A stretch of DNA of 64,000 nucleotides from Jatrophihabitans sp. (GCA_051001975.1 JBPCMU010000076.1:4836-68835); one strand, 5' to 3'; positions 8,875 to 18,873 are shown, counted from the first letter of the stretch. A program made the numbers and translations. The notes: a model not told the origin generated them from the letters alone.

Positions 8875-9732
8875 ATGCCATCAACGGACATCGCTCGACG
8901 ATCAGATTTCCCGCTCGACGCCGCTTCGCAACTACAGCTGGCGAAGGCACTCGCCGACGCCGGCGTGCTGCCCGCGCACCTCCGCAAGGCGCCGGCGAAC
9001 ATTCTGGCCATCGGGATGGCGGCACGAGCCTTGGACATCCCGACCTGGACCGCGCTGCAACAGGTCGTACCGATCGACGGGAAGGTCTCCATCCAGGCCG
9101 ACCTCATGCGGGCGCTCATCCTGCGCGCCGGGCACCGCTTCCGCGTCGAGTCCGCCGAGCCCGAGTCAGCCACCGTCGCTCTGGTCCGTGCCGACGATTC
9201 CGAGTACACACACCGGGTCACCGTGACACTCGCCGAGATCCCGGCTGATCTCCGCAAGCGCCGCGCCTGGCAGGACTACCCCGCCGACATGCTGGTAGCG
9301 CGAGCGACCGCGAAGGTTGCCCGCCGCGCCTGTTCCGACGTCCTGAACGGCATGAGCTACACCCCCGACGAACTCGGAGCAGACACCGATCCGGACGGCC
9401 AAGGTTTGCCCGATGACCGCGAGCAGGACACCACGCGGCAGGATGCCCAGCCAGTGCCACCCCGCAGCGATAACCCGGCGCAGACCATCGTCGACGCTGA
9501 GATCGTCCCCGACTCGGACAACGCCGACGAGACTCTGCCCGCCACCACGGTCGAGCTCGACAGCGTGATCGCCGAGGCCGATCGGGCCGGCTTCACTCGC
9601 ACGCAGCTCGACCGGCACATCAGCGACACCTACGACGGCCGCACGCTCGCTTCCCTGACCCGGGCCGAGCTCCGTGCCGAGTGGCGCCGTCTGCACCAGG
9701 ACACGGCCACGGCCGAGGACGTGACCCGATGA
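8875..9732 (+). CDS. RecT-like single-strand annealing protein
   Basis: 285 aa: ANILAIGMAARALDIPTWTALQQVVPIDGKVSIQADLMRALILRAGH...WQDYPADMLVARATAKVARRACSDVL, with an acidic C-terminal tail. Good RBS GGAGGA. Confidence 0.6.
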   Translation: MPSTDIARRSDFPLDAASQLQLAKALADAGVLPAHLRKAPANILAIGMAARALDIPTWTALQQVVPIDGKVSIQADLMRALILRAGHRFRVESAEPESATVALVRADDSEYTHRVTVTLAEIPADLRKRRAWQDYPADMLVARATAKVARRACSDVLNGMSYTPDELGADTDPDGQGLPDDREQDTTRQDAQPVPPRSDNPAQTIVDAEIVPDSDNADETLPATTVELDSVIAEADRAGFTRTQLDRHISDTYDGRTLASLTRAELRAEWRRLHQDTATAEDVTR

Positions 9733-9983
9733 CGGCACCGCTCCTACCCACCGTGCGGCCCGGCGACGGCGGATCGGTGCTGGTCGTCGATTCCGTCGAA
9801 GGCTTCCATGTCCGCACCGAGCGCTACCGGGGACTGCGCGTCACCGTCGAAGCCGGCGCCGGCCGCGGCGCCTGGGTGCAACTCGCCGGCTTCGCCTTCA
9901 GCCCAGCAGACGCACACCGGCTCGCCAGCGCGCTCGGCTACGCCGCGACCGCGGCTAGCCACACCGGAACGGAGCACCGATGA
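9729..9983 (+). CDS. hypothetical protein
   Basis: ATGA overlap with the recT-like stop. 84 aa. Confidence 0.45.
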   Translation: MTAPLLPTVRPGDGGSVLVVDSVEGFHVRTERYRGLRVTVEAGAGRGAWVQLAGFAFSPADAHRLASALGYAATAASHTGTEHR

Positions 9984-10246
9984 CCGACACCACCAGCCAA
10001 CCTCGGGGCCAGCGGTTCGCACCTGACCAGCCGCTGCTCATACTCCATCCACCCGGCGACGTCGTCGCGTTGATTACCGACGCCCGGGCCACGGTCATGG
10101 TCCGCTGGACGCCAGAAGCCGGCTGGACATGCTCATGCCCGGCCCGGACGTCGTCCTGCGGGCACGTGCAGGCCGCTCGCCGCGTGATCGTCCTGGACTA
10201 TGAGCCTGACGACACGCATGCACCGTCGGCCGTCCCAACAGCCTGA
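9980..10246 (+). CDS. SWIM zinc-finger-like small protein
   Basis: 88 aa with CSCPARTSSCGH (CxCxnCxH). ATGA overlap with the upstream ORF. Confidence 0.55.
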   Translation: MTDTTSQPRGQRFAPDQPLLILHPPGDVVALITDARATVMVRWTPEAGWTCSCPARTSSCGHVQAARRVIVLDYEPDDTHAPSAVPTA

Positions 10247-10327
10247 TGCCGGTCCCGCCTGTCGCGTCGCACCACCCGGGTATGGAACAGGGCAACGGTC
10301 GGTGGACTCGAGCAAGACGGTCGGCGG

Positions 10328-11245
10328 GTGCAGACTCCATCGATGGACTTCTCAGTGCCCCCGGAATTCATCCAGCTCGCGCAGCAGCTCGACCAGGTCG
10401 CGGCCACGATCCGCGGCTACGTGACCGCAGAACCCACATGGGCCACCGACTCGCAGGCCGCGAACGAGATATCCGAGGAACAGAGCTACCTCGCGCTGCC
10501 CATGCCGCACCCCGTCGTACACACCCTGCTGACGCCTATCGGTGGACTCGGACAGGTACAGGATCACCTGGTCGCCATGGCCGCGGTCATCAGGGCCGAG
10601 AACTCGATCATGGCGCTGCACACGTTGCTTCGCCCGGTCCTCGTCGGTTGCGCCAACTCACGGTATGTCGCCGACCCTCAGATCAGCGGCCGAGAACGTC
10701 TGCGCAGAGCGATGAACATCGAGCTCGGCTCGTGCACGGAAATCATGAACCTTGTCGGGCGTGCCAGCGGCGATCAGCTGTCAAAATACGACGAGCGGCG
10801 GCGAAAGATAGCCAGCGGTGGGCGCGCCCTGGGATTCGCGGTCGTCAATCCGGAGATCAAAAAAACCAAGCACGTGTGGGCGCCCTGGCACCTCGGGCAG
10901 CCGCCGCCAACCGAGATGCGCCTCGTCGAGACGTTGCTGGAATCGTCGGAGGTGCCGCGCATCGGGTTGACGTTGTACCGCCTGCTGTCCGCGGCCGTCC
11001 ACGCCCAACCTCATACCTTGCAAATGTTCATACATCGCGAGTCTGCCGTTCCTTCTGGGATCGGCCATTCCCAGGTTCCAATACGGATGTCCGAGTCGAA
11101 CCTCGCCACGCTTCTGCTCGTCGCGGTCTCCGCAGCGACCCTCGCGGTGGACTCATGTGTGGCCCTCTTCGACTGGCCAGCCGATCCGTGGCGCGTCAAC
11201 GTGGTCCCCTTCTTTCGCCATCTCCAGACGCTCGTCGACGACTAA
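10328..11245 (+). CDS. orphan hypothetical protein (305 aa), predicted helical from composition
   Basis: Long ORF with visibly lower GC than its surroundings (for example GGAGATCAAAAAAACCAAGC). I recognise no motif. Confidence 0.55.
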   Translation: MQTPSMDFSVPPEFIQLAQQLDQVAATIRGYVTAEPTWATDSQAANEISEEQSYLALPMPHPVVHTLLTPIGGLGQVQDHLVAMAAVIRAENSIMALHTLLRPVLVGCANSRYVADPQISGRERLRRAMNIELGSCTEIMNLVGRASGDQLSKYDERRRKIASGGRALGFAVVNPEIKKTKHVWAPWHLGQPPPTEMRLVETLLESSEVPRIGLTLYRLLSAAVHAQPHTLQMFIHRESAVPSGIGHSQVPIRMSESNLATLLLVAVSAATLAVDSCVALFDWPADPWRVNVVPFFRHLQTLVDD

Positions 11246-11282
11246 CCTGCGTCGCCCCGCGCAATGACTCCGGCGCCTCCAC

Positions 11283-11681
11283 GTGCTGATCGCAAACGTC
11301 GACGGCCCACTCGCCGGGTTCCTCGCGATCGCGATCACTGACCTGCAGAAGCGCTTCGCCCTGTCATCGCTCAAAGCCCCGGCCGGAACCGACGAACTCG
11401 TTGCCGCGCTCACCCTGAACGCCACCGGACGCCAGACAACGCCAACGCTCGCGGAACTCGCCGAAGTCCTCGAATGTGTCTCCATGACCCGCTTGACCAT
11501 CGACTATGACGAAGCGGCCGAAGCGCTGCACGTCAGCCGCCGCAGCGTCGACCGACTCGTCGCCAGCGGCGAACTCAGCACAGTCAACATCGGCGGATCC
11601 GTCCGAATCAGGACCACAGATCTCTCGGGATACGTCGAATCGCTGATCACGATCAGCAGGAATGAGAGCCCCCGCACATGA
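11283..11681 (+). CDS. excisionase-family HTH DNA-binding protein
   Basis: C-terminus LTIDYDEAAEALHVSRRSVDRLVASGELSTVNIGGSVRIRTTDL. Possible alternative start ATG at 11484. Confidence 0.6.
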   Translation: MLIANVDGPLAGFLAIAITDLQKRFALSSLKAPAGTDELVAALTLNATGRQTTPTLAELAEVLECVSMTRLTIDYDEAAEALHVSRRSVDRLVASGELSTVNIGGSVRIRTTDLSGYVESLITISRNESPRT

Positions 11682-12553
11682 CCACCAAACCTCGACAGAC
11701 CCCGAAGCAGCGTGCGGTCAACGCGTACCTGGCAGCCCTCTCGCAGATCCTCGGCGGCGCAACGGACGTCGGGCTCGCTGACCTCGAGGAGAACCTCACA
11801 CGGGCCGCCGCCGGCTCACCGCTCGTCGAAGCCGAGGTCGCAGAATGCATCCGCACCGGACGGAAGCAACTCGCGAATGTCACAGCCATGCGAGCCAACG
11901 AGCGGGACCGGATAGCAACAGCAGCCGCCGGCGCAGCCATCACCACCCTGACAGCGGAACTTCACTGCGCACTGGTGGAGTTCGAGGGACAGTCCGATCT
12001 CGACCTCGCGGCGTCCGCCGCAGTGAAAGCCGACGCCACCTACGACAGCGTGCTGGCCCAGCTCGAGAAGGCAGTCGAACGAGCCGACATCGACAAGGTG
12101 ATGCGACTTCGCGGCGAAGTAGAGGTCACCCTGCCCCAGAAGGTCGCCGAGGCGCGACTGCGGCACCTGGAGCTTCAAGTCGGCCGTGCTGAGGCTCAGC
12201 GCGACTCGCTCGAACCTCGCACTGAGCAGGCGATCAGGGCCCAACGAGTCGCGTTGAAGGCCATCGAGGCCGCCAAACAAGCCCTGGACCAGGCTGTGGA
12301 GCGGCACACGCAACAGCGAGTCGAAGTCGCGCAAGCCGACGATCAGGTGCGACGAGCAAACGCCGTCCTCGCCGACCGCGAACAGCAACTCGAGGAGATG
12401 CGGGCCACCCACAAGGCTGAATCAAGCAAGCGACTCCGCCGCCTCGCCGGCCTCGCGGAACTATCCGCAGAGTCGACGCCCGACGAGCCTCACACCAGCA
12501 GCATCATGCAACGAGAACTGGAGTTCCAAGGCCGAGTACGTGGGCCCCGATGA
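11678..12553 (+). CDS. coiled-coil hypothetical protein
   Basis: 291 aa, rich in A/E/Q/R/L heptad-like stretches. ATGA overlap upstream. Confidence 0.5.
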   Translation: MTTKPRQTPKQRAVNAYLAALSQILGGATDVGLADLEENLTRAAAGSPLVEAEVAECIRTGRKQLANVTAMRANERDRIATAAAGAAITTLTAELHCALVEFEGQSDLDLAASAAVKADATYDSVLAQLEKAVERADIDKVMRLRGEVEVTLPQKVAEARLRHLELQVGRAEAQRDSLEPRTEQAIRAQRVALKAIEAAKQALDQAVERHTQQRVEVAQADDQVRRANAVLADREQQLEEMRATHKAESSKRLRRLAGLAELSAESTPDEPHTSSIMQRELEFQGRVRGPR

Positions 12554-12807
12554 CCGTCAACCTGGAACGCCTGCGAACCGACATCGTGCACCGGCTCCGA
12601 ACCCAAGCCCGCGCCCAGCTCGGCGACCCAGAGGCCGCCGACGCACTGCGAGAACTGCGATCCCCCACACCGGACGAGCTCCGCTACACAGCAGACACCC
12701 TCGCCGACGCAGACAAGCAACTCCGAGCAGAGGCCCGCCTCAAGGCCCTCCAAGGCGACACCCGGATCCGAGACATCCTCCGCCGCCTCGACGAGGGCAA
12801 CACGTGA
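12550..12807 (+). CDS. hypothetical protein
   Basis: 85 aa. ATGA overlap upstream. Confidence 0.45.
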   Translation: MTVNLERLRTDIVHRLRTQARAQLGDPEAADALRELRSPTPDELRYTADTLADADKQLRAEARLKALQGDTRIRDILRRLDEGNT

Positions 12808-13094
12808 ACAGCACCCGCACCACGAGCCCAAACCCGAACGCAACTCGAGCCGCCTTCGACGCCGCAGCCCACCGCGCCCGAATGGGAAGCACGCTGCTCT
12901 CACAGATCTACGCCGCCATCGACCCATCGAGATACGAGACCAACGACGGCAGTCCCGACACAGAAAGGATCACCCAATTCGTCACCCTCCTGACGGGTAA
13001 GAGATCCCGCACGCCACGCACCGGCAGCCACGCATCCGAAGGCAGGGCCGAAGCGATCCGCAGGTTCGGCCCCGCACCGGACACCCAGACATGA
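12804..13094 (+). CDS. hypothetical protein
   Basis: GTGA overlap. 96 aa in the frame of track ORF 12540-13094. Confidence 0.4.
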   Translation: MNSTRTTSPNPNATRAAFDAAAHRARMGSTLLSQIYAAIDPSRYETNDGSPDTERITQFVTLLTGKRSRTPRTGSHASEGRAEAIRRFGPAPDTQT

Positions 13095-13215
13095 GCAGCC
13101 CCGCCGGCCAACGGGCCCCAGGGGCGGGGACCCCCTCCCACCCCCATCACCTCCATCGGAACGTGCTGCGGGTCGCGTCGCCCCTGAATCTGGGGCTTTC
13201 GAGAGGCGTAACAAG

Positions 13216-13407
13216 ATGAGCGGTCTGAACAGATGCTGGCCGAATCTCGGCTACCGATCGGCGAACCTTCGATGCGCCCAATGCGGATCGGTACTTCCGG
13301 TGCAGCTGCATCGGGGCAATCCGCGCCGATGGTGTTCCGAGTCGTGCCGGGTCGCGGCCTGGCGCGATCGCCGGCGTGCCTCTGAGCAAGGGAGTGATGT
13401 CGCATGA
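13216..13407 (+). CDS. small zinc-ribbon protein
   Basis: 63 aa: CAQCG...RRWCSESCRVAAWRDRRR. ATGA-coupled to the tape-measure gene. Confidence 0.55.
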   Translation: MSGLNRCWPNLGYRSANLRCAQCGSVLPVQLHRGNPRRWCSESCRVAAWRDRRRASEQGSDVA

Positions 13408-16400
13408 CTGAGCCAGGTGGATATGACGCCGGCAGCGCGTACATGGAGATCGTCCCCAGCTTCCGGGGGATCCTGGAGAAGATCAAGGCCGAGGCCCGCG
13501 GGTGGGGCGACACGGCCGGTACGTCGTTCTCTGACGCGTTCAGCAGCAAGGTCAAGGAACGCACCAGCAACACGCCGCTGGGCCCGGGCCGCGGTCAGGC
13601 AGTCCGCAACGGCGAGCAGGCCGGCGGGGCGTTCGGGGACGCGTTCCGGACCCGCGTCGAGGCCTCCACGCGCAATCTGCGCGCAATTCGGATCGACGCC
13701 GACACCAAACCGGCTGAGGCGAAGCTCCAGCTGATCCGGTTCCAGCTGGAGGCGTTGTCGCGGCAGGACATCGGCGTCGACCTGTCCAGCAAGGACGCGG
13801 TCGAACGGATCGCCGCGCTCGAGAGTGAACTTCGGACCCTGACCGGTCCTGAGCACGACGTGCGGGTGCGGATCGATGCGTCTGCGGCGGCGGCCGAGCT
13901 CGCGAAGGTCCGCGGCGAGATTGCTGCGCTCGATTCCCCGATCGGTGACGTCGACACGAAGACCGCGAGCGCGACGAAGAGCATGTCTGGGCTGTGGACC
14001 GCAGCGCTGATACTCGGCGCGTCCGCGATCCCGGTCCTGGCCGCCGGCGCGGCGGGTGTTGGTGCGCTCGGCGCCGCGGGCGCCACGCTGCTCCTGGGCG
14101 TCAAGGGCGCGTCGGCGGAGATGAAGGCCGGCACCGAGCTCGGCCGGCGGTACTCCGGCGTGCTGAACGTGATCAAGTCCGACGTCGCCGGCCTCGAACA
14201 CACAGCAGCGCAGGGCCTATTCCCGGGGTTCGATCGGTCCGCGGCGAACCTGCACCAGCTGATGCCGGCCCTGAACAACGAGGCCCGGTCGCTGTCCGGA
14301 TACCTAGGCGATGCCGGCGCGCACGTAGTGCACGGCATGGCCGGCGGGTTCATCACCCTCGAGCCGCTGGTCACCAAGATCGTCGCAGACCTCGATCGCG
14401 GCGCGGCGGCGTTCGACAAGTACGCCAACGGCGGCGGGCTGCAAAAGTTCGGCGAATGGGCGCAGCAGAACCTGCCCTCGATCGAGCACGACATCGGCCA
14501 GCTGCTGATGCTCGTCGCCCGGCTCCTGGCCGCCGGCGCCGACAGCGGCCTGAGCATCCTCAACGCTTTGGGCGCGGTCGCTGAGGCGATCAACAAGATC
14601 CCGATGCCAGTCCTGGAAGCGCTGCTGCCTTTGGTGACCGGAACGTTGCTGGCCTGGAAGGGCTACACGATCGTCGCGGGGATTCTGAAGGGCGTCAACG
14701 TCGCCCTCGACGCCTACATCGTCCGCACCAACACCGCAGCCGTGGCGACTGCTCGTCTCGGTGCAGCTGAGCTCGCTACCGGCGCGGAGGGCGAAATCGG
14801 CGGCCTAGGGGCAGGGGCGAAGAGCGCAGCCCGCGGTGGAAAGACGGCCAGCGCTGGTGAGTTCCTGGCTCTTGGCAATGGCGTCGCCGTGCCGCTCGTC
14901 CTGGCCGGGCTGGCCACTCAAATCGTCGGCCAGCTGATCCACAAGCAGAGCCAGACCCAACCGGCAGGGACCGGACCCGGTCCATCCGGGGAGGACTACA
15001 CAAAGCTCGGAACCTACCTACAGGCCCAGACGTACAAGGACCTCGGCGGAGCGATCGGCGGGTTCCTATCCGGCGGACACAGCACCAGCACCTACGGCTC
15101 CGGGGTCCAGAAGGCGATCGAGCAGAACCGCGCCAAGGAACAACAGAAGAACGCGCCGGCCGCGGGGCCGATGATCTTCGGGAAGTCGGCCGGGGCAGTC
15201 ACCACATCGCAGGACGTCGCCGCCTTCAGCGACGCATCCGCATTGTCGAAGACGGCCGCGGCGCATCAGGCCGCCGCAGAGGCAGCTCTGAACCAGTCGG
15301 CGGCCGAGGCTCAGAACACCTTGCAGATGCAGTACGCCGGCGACAAGGCCGGCCTATTGCAGCAGGCACTGACCAAACTCAACACCAGCACGTTGGACAC
15401 GGCCGAAGCGCAAACGCAGTTCTACCAGCAGCTGAACACCACGGCCGCCACGTTCAAGTCGAACAAGGGCGCGATCGAGGGCCACTCGGCCGCGGCGCTG
15501 GCTGACCAGTCCGCGCTGGAGTCGCTGGCCCGGTCGACGCAGGCGACGGCGCTGGCCGAGTCGAAGGCCGGCCGTGACGGGGTCAAGGTCCTCAACGATC
15601 GCAAGGCTGCGGTCGAGGAGACATTCCGTAAGCAGGGCACCCTCACCGCCGCGGTGCAGAAGTGGATCGACACGCTCTTCAAGGTCCCGAAAAACCTGCC
15701 TGCGACCGTCGCCCACTTGGACAACAAGGCGGCCGACAAGAGGCTGCAGACCTATCTGGCGTCGCTCGACAAGATTTCCAGAACCGAGAACACGACGGTC
15801 AACGTCAAGACCGGCACCGCGATCACCCGCATGGGCCAGTTGGTGACCTACTACAACGCGTTGCATGACAAGACGATCACGGTGACGACGGAGACGCGGC
15901 GCGGTGCGGGTAGCGGAACTGATGCGCTCGGATCTAGGGCGGCGTTCGGCGGGTCGTTCGCCTATGGCGGTGGCATGTGGCCCGGCTACGAACCAGGACT
16001 CGACTCGATCCCGATCCAAACCCCCCGCGGTCCGGGGATGGTGTCGAAGGGCGAAGCGATCCTCGTTCCCGAGGCTGTGATGGGGCTCGGCGGACCCCGG
16101 GGCATCTATGACATCAACCGATCCTTCGCGCCCCGCGTGAACGGCCACACCGCCGCCTACGGCTTCGGCAATGGCGGCGTAACCGGGTTCGCATCCGGCG
16201 GTGCGCAGACCGCTGCTCAGCGGCGGGTGCTTGCCAACTCGCAGGCCAGCCTGCGGCTGACGATCGACACGAAGGGTATCCACGAGCTGACCGCATCTAT
16301 CGCGGGCAGCCGGTCGTCGATCGCTGCCGCGGCCGCCCGGCTGGTGGCGGAGCTCGCGCAGGCCGATGCGAGGGGCCTGACGAGCGCGTCGTTCGTGAAG

Positions 16401-17294
16401 CGGATCCAGCGAGAGAACAGCCAGATCCTCGCGGAGGCGTCCCGCCGCGATGCGGTCGGCGCCAGGCTGACCGCGGCGAACGCGAAGCTGGCCGCGGCGC
16501 AGAAGCTGTTCAACGACGAGCGGGCCACGGTCGCGTCGTCCTATAGCTCGAGCTTCGACATCACCCGCCTCGGCCAGAACGGCAGCGGGGCAGCCTCGGC
16601 CGATTCGATCCTGCGGGACGCGGACGTCACCGCGGCGCAGGCACTGACCTACCGGGCGCAGCTGGAGAAGCTGAAGCCGCGGATCGGCACGCAGCTGTAC
16701 CAGCAGCTGCAGGAAGCCGGCCCAGGGCAGGGCGCGTCGAACGTGGCTGCCTTGTCGACGGCGACGCCGCAACAACTGGCGCGGATCGCGGCGGACTACA
16801 AATCGGTTGCGAACACCGGGTTGGCCGCTGGCACATCGCTCGGGAACCTGCTGTACGGGCCGGGTGTGCAGGCGGCCGCGGGGCTGATCGCCGGGTTGAA
16901 GTCGCAGGAGAAGTCGATCCAGAACGAGATGACGCGCATCGCGAACCTCATCTCGAAGACGATCCGCAAGGAATTGCGGATGCACTCGCCGTCGCTGGAC
17001 GCCTACGACGCGATGACCAACTACGGGGCGGGCATGGTCGGCGGCCTTGCTGATCAGCACGCTCCGGTCGAGGCGATGGCGAAATCGCTGGCGAACAAGG
17101 TGTCGGTGAAGCCGGCGGTGCCAGGTCTGCCGCTCGGCTACACACCGACCGGGCTCGGGTCCGCGTTGGGCGGCGGCCCTCTGACGATGCACGTGCGGAT
17201 CGGTGACACCGAGCTTCGGGAGATCACGCTGGCCACGGTCACCGACGAGATGACCGGGCTGACCCGGGAGTTCGAGCTCGGCCCGCAACCGTGA
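13404..17294 (+). CDS. phage tail tape-measure-like protein
   Basis: 1296 aa. N-terminus AYMEIVPSFRGI. Central Gly/Ala-rich hydrophobic segments, long Ala/Gln-rich helical regions, and a late HSPSLDAYDAMTNYGAGMVGGL motif typical of tape-measure proteins. Confidence 0.75.
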   Translation: MTEPGGYDAGSAYMEIVPSFRGILEKIKAEARGWGDTAGTSFSDAFSSKVKERTSNTPLGPGRGQAVRNGEQAGGAFGDAFRTRVEASTRNLRAIRIDADTKPAEAKLQLIRFQLEALSRQDIGVDLSSKDAVERIAALESELRTLTGPEHDVRVRIDASAAAAELAKVRGEIAALDSPIGDVDTKTASATKSMSGLWTAALILGASAIPVLAAGAAGVGALGAAGATLLLGVKGASAEMKAGTELGRRYSGVLNVIKSDVAGLEHTAAQGLFPGFDRSAANLHQLMPALNNEARSLSGYLGDAGAHVVHGMAGGFITLEPLVTKIVADLDRGAAAFDKYANGGGLQKFGEWAQQNLPSIEHDIGQLLMLVARLLAAGADSGLSILNALGAVAEAINKIPMPVLEALLPLVTGTLLAWKGYTIVAGILKGVNVALDAYIVRTNTAAVATARLGAAELATGAEGEIGGLGAGAKSAARGGKTASAGEFLALGNGVAVPLVLAGLATQIVGQLIHKQSQTQPAGTGPGPSGEDYTKLGTYLQAQTYKDLGGAIGGFLSGGHSTSTYGSGVQKAIEQNRAKEQQKNAPAAGPMIFGKSAGAVTTSQDVAAFSDASALSKTAAAHQAAAEAALNQSAAEAQNTLQMQYAGDKAGLLQQALTKLNTSTLDTAEAQTQFYQQLNTTAATFKSNKGAIEGHSAAALADQSALESLARSTQATALAESKAGRDGVKVLNDRKAAVEETFRKQGTLTAAVQKWIDTLFKVPKNLPATVAHLDNKAADKRLQTYLASLDKISRTENTTVNVKTGTAITRMGQLVTYYNALHDKTITVTTETRRGAGSGTDALGSRAAFGGSFAYGGGMWPGYEPGLDSIPIQTPRGPGMVSKGEAILVPEAVMGLGGPRGIYDINRSFAPRVNGHTAAYGFGNGGVTGFASGGAQTAAQRRVLANSQASLRLTIDTKGIHELTASIAGSRSSIAAAAARLVAELAQADARGLTSASFVKRIQRENSQILAEASRRDAVGARLTAANAKLAAAQKLFNDERATVASSYSSSFDITRLGQNGSGAASADSILRDADVTAAQALTYRAQLEKLKPRIGTQLYQQLQEAGPGQGASNVAALSTATPQQLARIAADYKSVANTGLAAGTSLGNLLYGPGVQAAAGLIAGLKSQEKSIQNEMTRIANLISKTIRKELRMHSPSLDAYDAMTNYGAGMVGGLADQHAPVEAMAKSLANKVSVKPAVPGLPLGYTPTGLGSALGGGPLTMHVRIGDTELREITLATVTDEMTGLTREFELGPQP

Positions 17295-17632
17295 GCCGAA
17301 GCAACCTCGCGACCAGGATCGCCGCGCCCGATCGATAGGGGTACCAGCGACGCGGGTTTCATCGGCAAACCAGCACTTTCGTAGGACCCCTCCAGCCTGT
17401 CGCAGAGGGCCCGCTCAGACCGCTGGGAGCTACGTCCAACCGGCGGCTCTCTGAATGGCGTTCGCGACGTGCTCGGGTGCGTCGTTCGAGTTCGTCAACG
17501 GGGGCCGGTTGGCGTGTACGAGATGCGCGACCGTCCTCGATCGGAAGCGAGTCCAGGAGAGCAAAGCCCTCCTGGACAAGCAGGCTCCAGCCCCCGGACT
17601 GCCTCGTCGTACTGACCATCGGGTGCTCCCCG

Positions 17633-17872
17633 CTACTCACGGAATGCCCGGCAGTAGTCCTCGATCGTGATTCCCGCCGACTTGATCAATCCGCCCAAGG
17701 TTCCGCGCTTGACTGGGTTGTGTGCTGGGATGGAAAGTACCGACCGGTGCCCCGGCTTCGTCATGACGATGTGGGAACCCTTCCCGCGTTTCGGATGCTC
17801 TATCCAGCCGAGGTGAGCAAAGGCCTTCACGTGGCTTCGACACCCGGCGATCGGCAGGTCGGACAGCCCCAC
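17633..17872 (-). CDS. hicA: type II toxin HicA family (mRNA interferase)
   Basis: 79 aa: KAFAHLGWIEHPKRGKGSHIVMTKPGHRSVLSIPAHNPVKRGTLGGLIKSAGI. Starts 4 nt after the hicB stop. Confidence 0.8.
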   Translation of the reverse strand: MGLSDLPIAGCRSHVKAFAHLGWIEHPKRGKGSHIVMTKPGHRSVLSIPAHNPVKRGTLGGLIKSAGITIEDYCRAFRE

Positions 17873-17876
17873 CCGT

Positions 17877-18215
17877 CTAGAGGCTCAGGGCGAATTCGCG
17901 ATCGTCCTGCGCGTCATCGTTGTCGCCGAGGTCTGGGATGTGCGACGTCATTCGGACGGCGACTACTTGACCGATCGCGTCGGCAAGATTCGTCAATGCC
18001 GCCTCCTGGGTCTCACCCTCGGAAAAGCACCCCGGGAGGTCGACGCACTCCGCCGTCCAGCCGCCGTCCAGTTCGTCGCGCTCCAGTCGAACCCGGAAAC
18101 GCCACGTCGACGTGTCATCCGTTCTCTCGGACTCGAAGGCTCGAATCGAGCGTCTAAACCGTGCGAGCAACCTCTGCCAGGCTGATGCGGACGCGACCAT
18201 GTGTTCCCCTTGCAT
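17877..18215 (-). CDS. hicB: type II antitoxin HicB family
   Basis: WRFRVRLERDELDGGWTAECVDLPGCFSEGETQEAALTNLADAI. Start uncertain (ATG ending at 18215 or 18200). Confidence 0.75.
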   Translation of the reverse strand: MQGEHMVASASAWQRLLARFRRSIRAFESERTDDTSTWRFRVRLERDELDGGWTAECVDLPGCFSEGETQEAALTNLADAIGQVVAVRMTSHIPDLGDNDDAQDDREFALSL

Positions 18216-18330
18216 GCTTCCCCCGATGCCGCGATGGCTGACCAAATGTATCCCCCGCTGTCCAGTGCTGCCCTCCGTGGCCCCCAACGCGTGGGCAGCG
18301 ATGGTGCCACGCCGGCCGTAGGGTGCGCCC

Positions 18331-18504
18331 ATGAATCTGTGGAATTAAGTAATCGATGGCCTGGCAGCGATCGAGCGAGACGAAGACGACATCAGTCTTG
18401 ACCGGCGCCTACAGATTGTTCAGATCCGGGCGCTGCTGGCCATCGGTCAGGAGCTCTCCGCAATCCGTCATCAAGGAATCAACCCTGACTTCGACGCAGA
18501 CTGA
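18331..18504 (+). pseudogene. paralogue of the 20704-20877 small gene, with TAA at codon 6
   Basis: Same 174-nt length. Aligns to the second copy along its whole length, including the upstream box CGTAGGGTGCG (18317-18327). Reads MNLWN*VIDGLAAIERDEDD... Confidence 0.6.
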
Positions 18505-18573
18505 GATCCCGAACCATGGCCGGCGACTGCGGACAATCGATCCGCGGCGCGGACTGGCGAGCCTGGTCACCTG

Positions 18574-18873
18574 TCAGCTGCACGTCCCCGCCAGATTGCC
18601 GGCCGTCGCGCCACCGTCGCTGGCCATAGGCACGTCGCGCTTCACATAGCGCGGCGGCTCTCCAGCATCGTCCCTTCGCGAACGCCCATAGCCGCTGGCA
18701 CTTGCGGCTTCAGCCCACGGGATTGGGCTGAGGATTTGTCCGGCCAGCCAGGCGCTGAGGTGGCTCAACGACCCACCCAACTGACTAAGTGTGCGCGCCG
18801 CGATCGGATCATATCCGCAGGTACGGAAAGGGCACTTCACCTCGTCGTTCGCGTGGCAGGTCTGCCCGCGCAC
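18574..18873 (-). CDS. hypothetical Cys-containing ORF overlapping the SIR2 3' end (or a frameshifted SIR2 C-terminus)
   Basis: 99 codons, GTG start. By hand count its third-position GC across 18809-18873 is higher than in the SIR2 frame. CHANDEVKCPFRTC. Confidence 0.35.
   Translation of the reverse strand: MRGQTCHANDEVKCPFRTCGYDPIAARTLSQLGGSLSHLSAWLAGQILSPIPWAEAASASGYGRSRRDDAGEPPRYVKRDVPMASDGGATAGNLAGTCS

Noticed and set aside
13099-13129. Hairpin CCCCGCC..GGCGGGG after gene 12804-13094 as an intrinsic terminator
   Set aside because: The stem is short, the loop is 17 nt and there is no U-tract. This is insufficient for a terminator call.
17359-17670. Overlapping small ORFs (93 aa minus, 71 aa plus) between the tape-measure gene and hicA
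   Set aside because: Third-position GC is mixed in both frames and neither has a motif. The plus ORF has a CxxC-like pattern, but support is too weak to call it.
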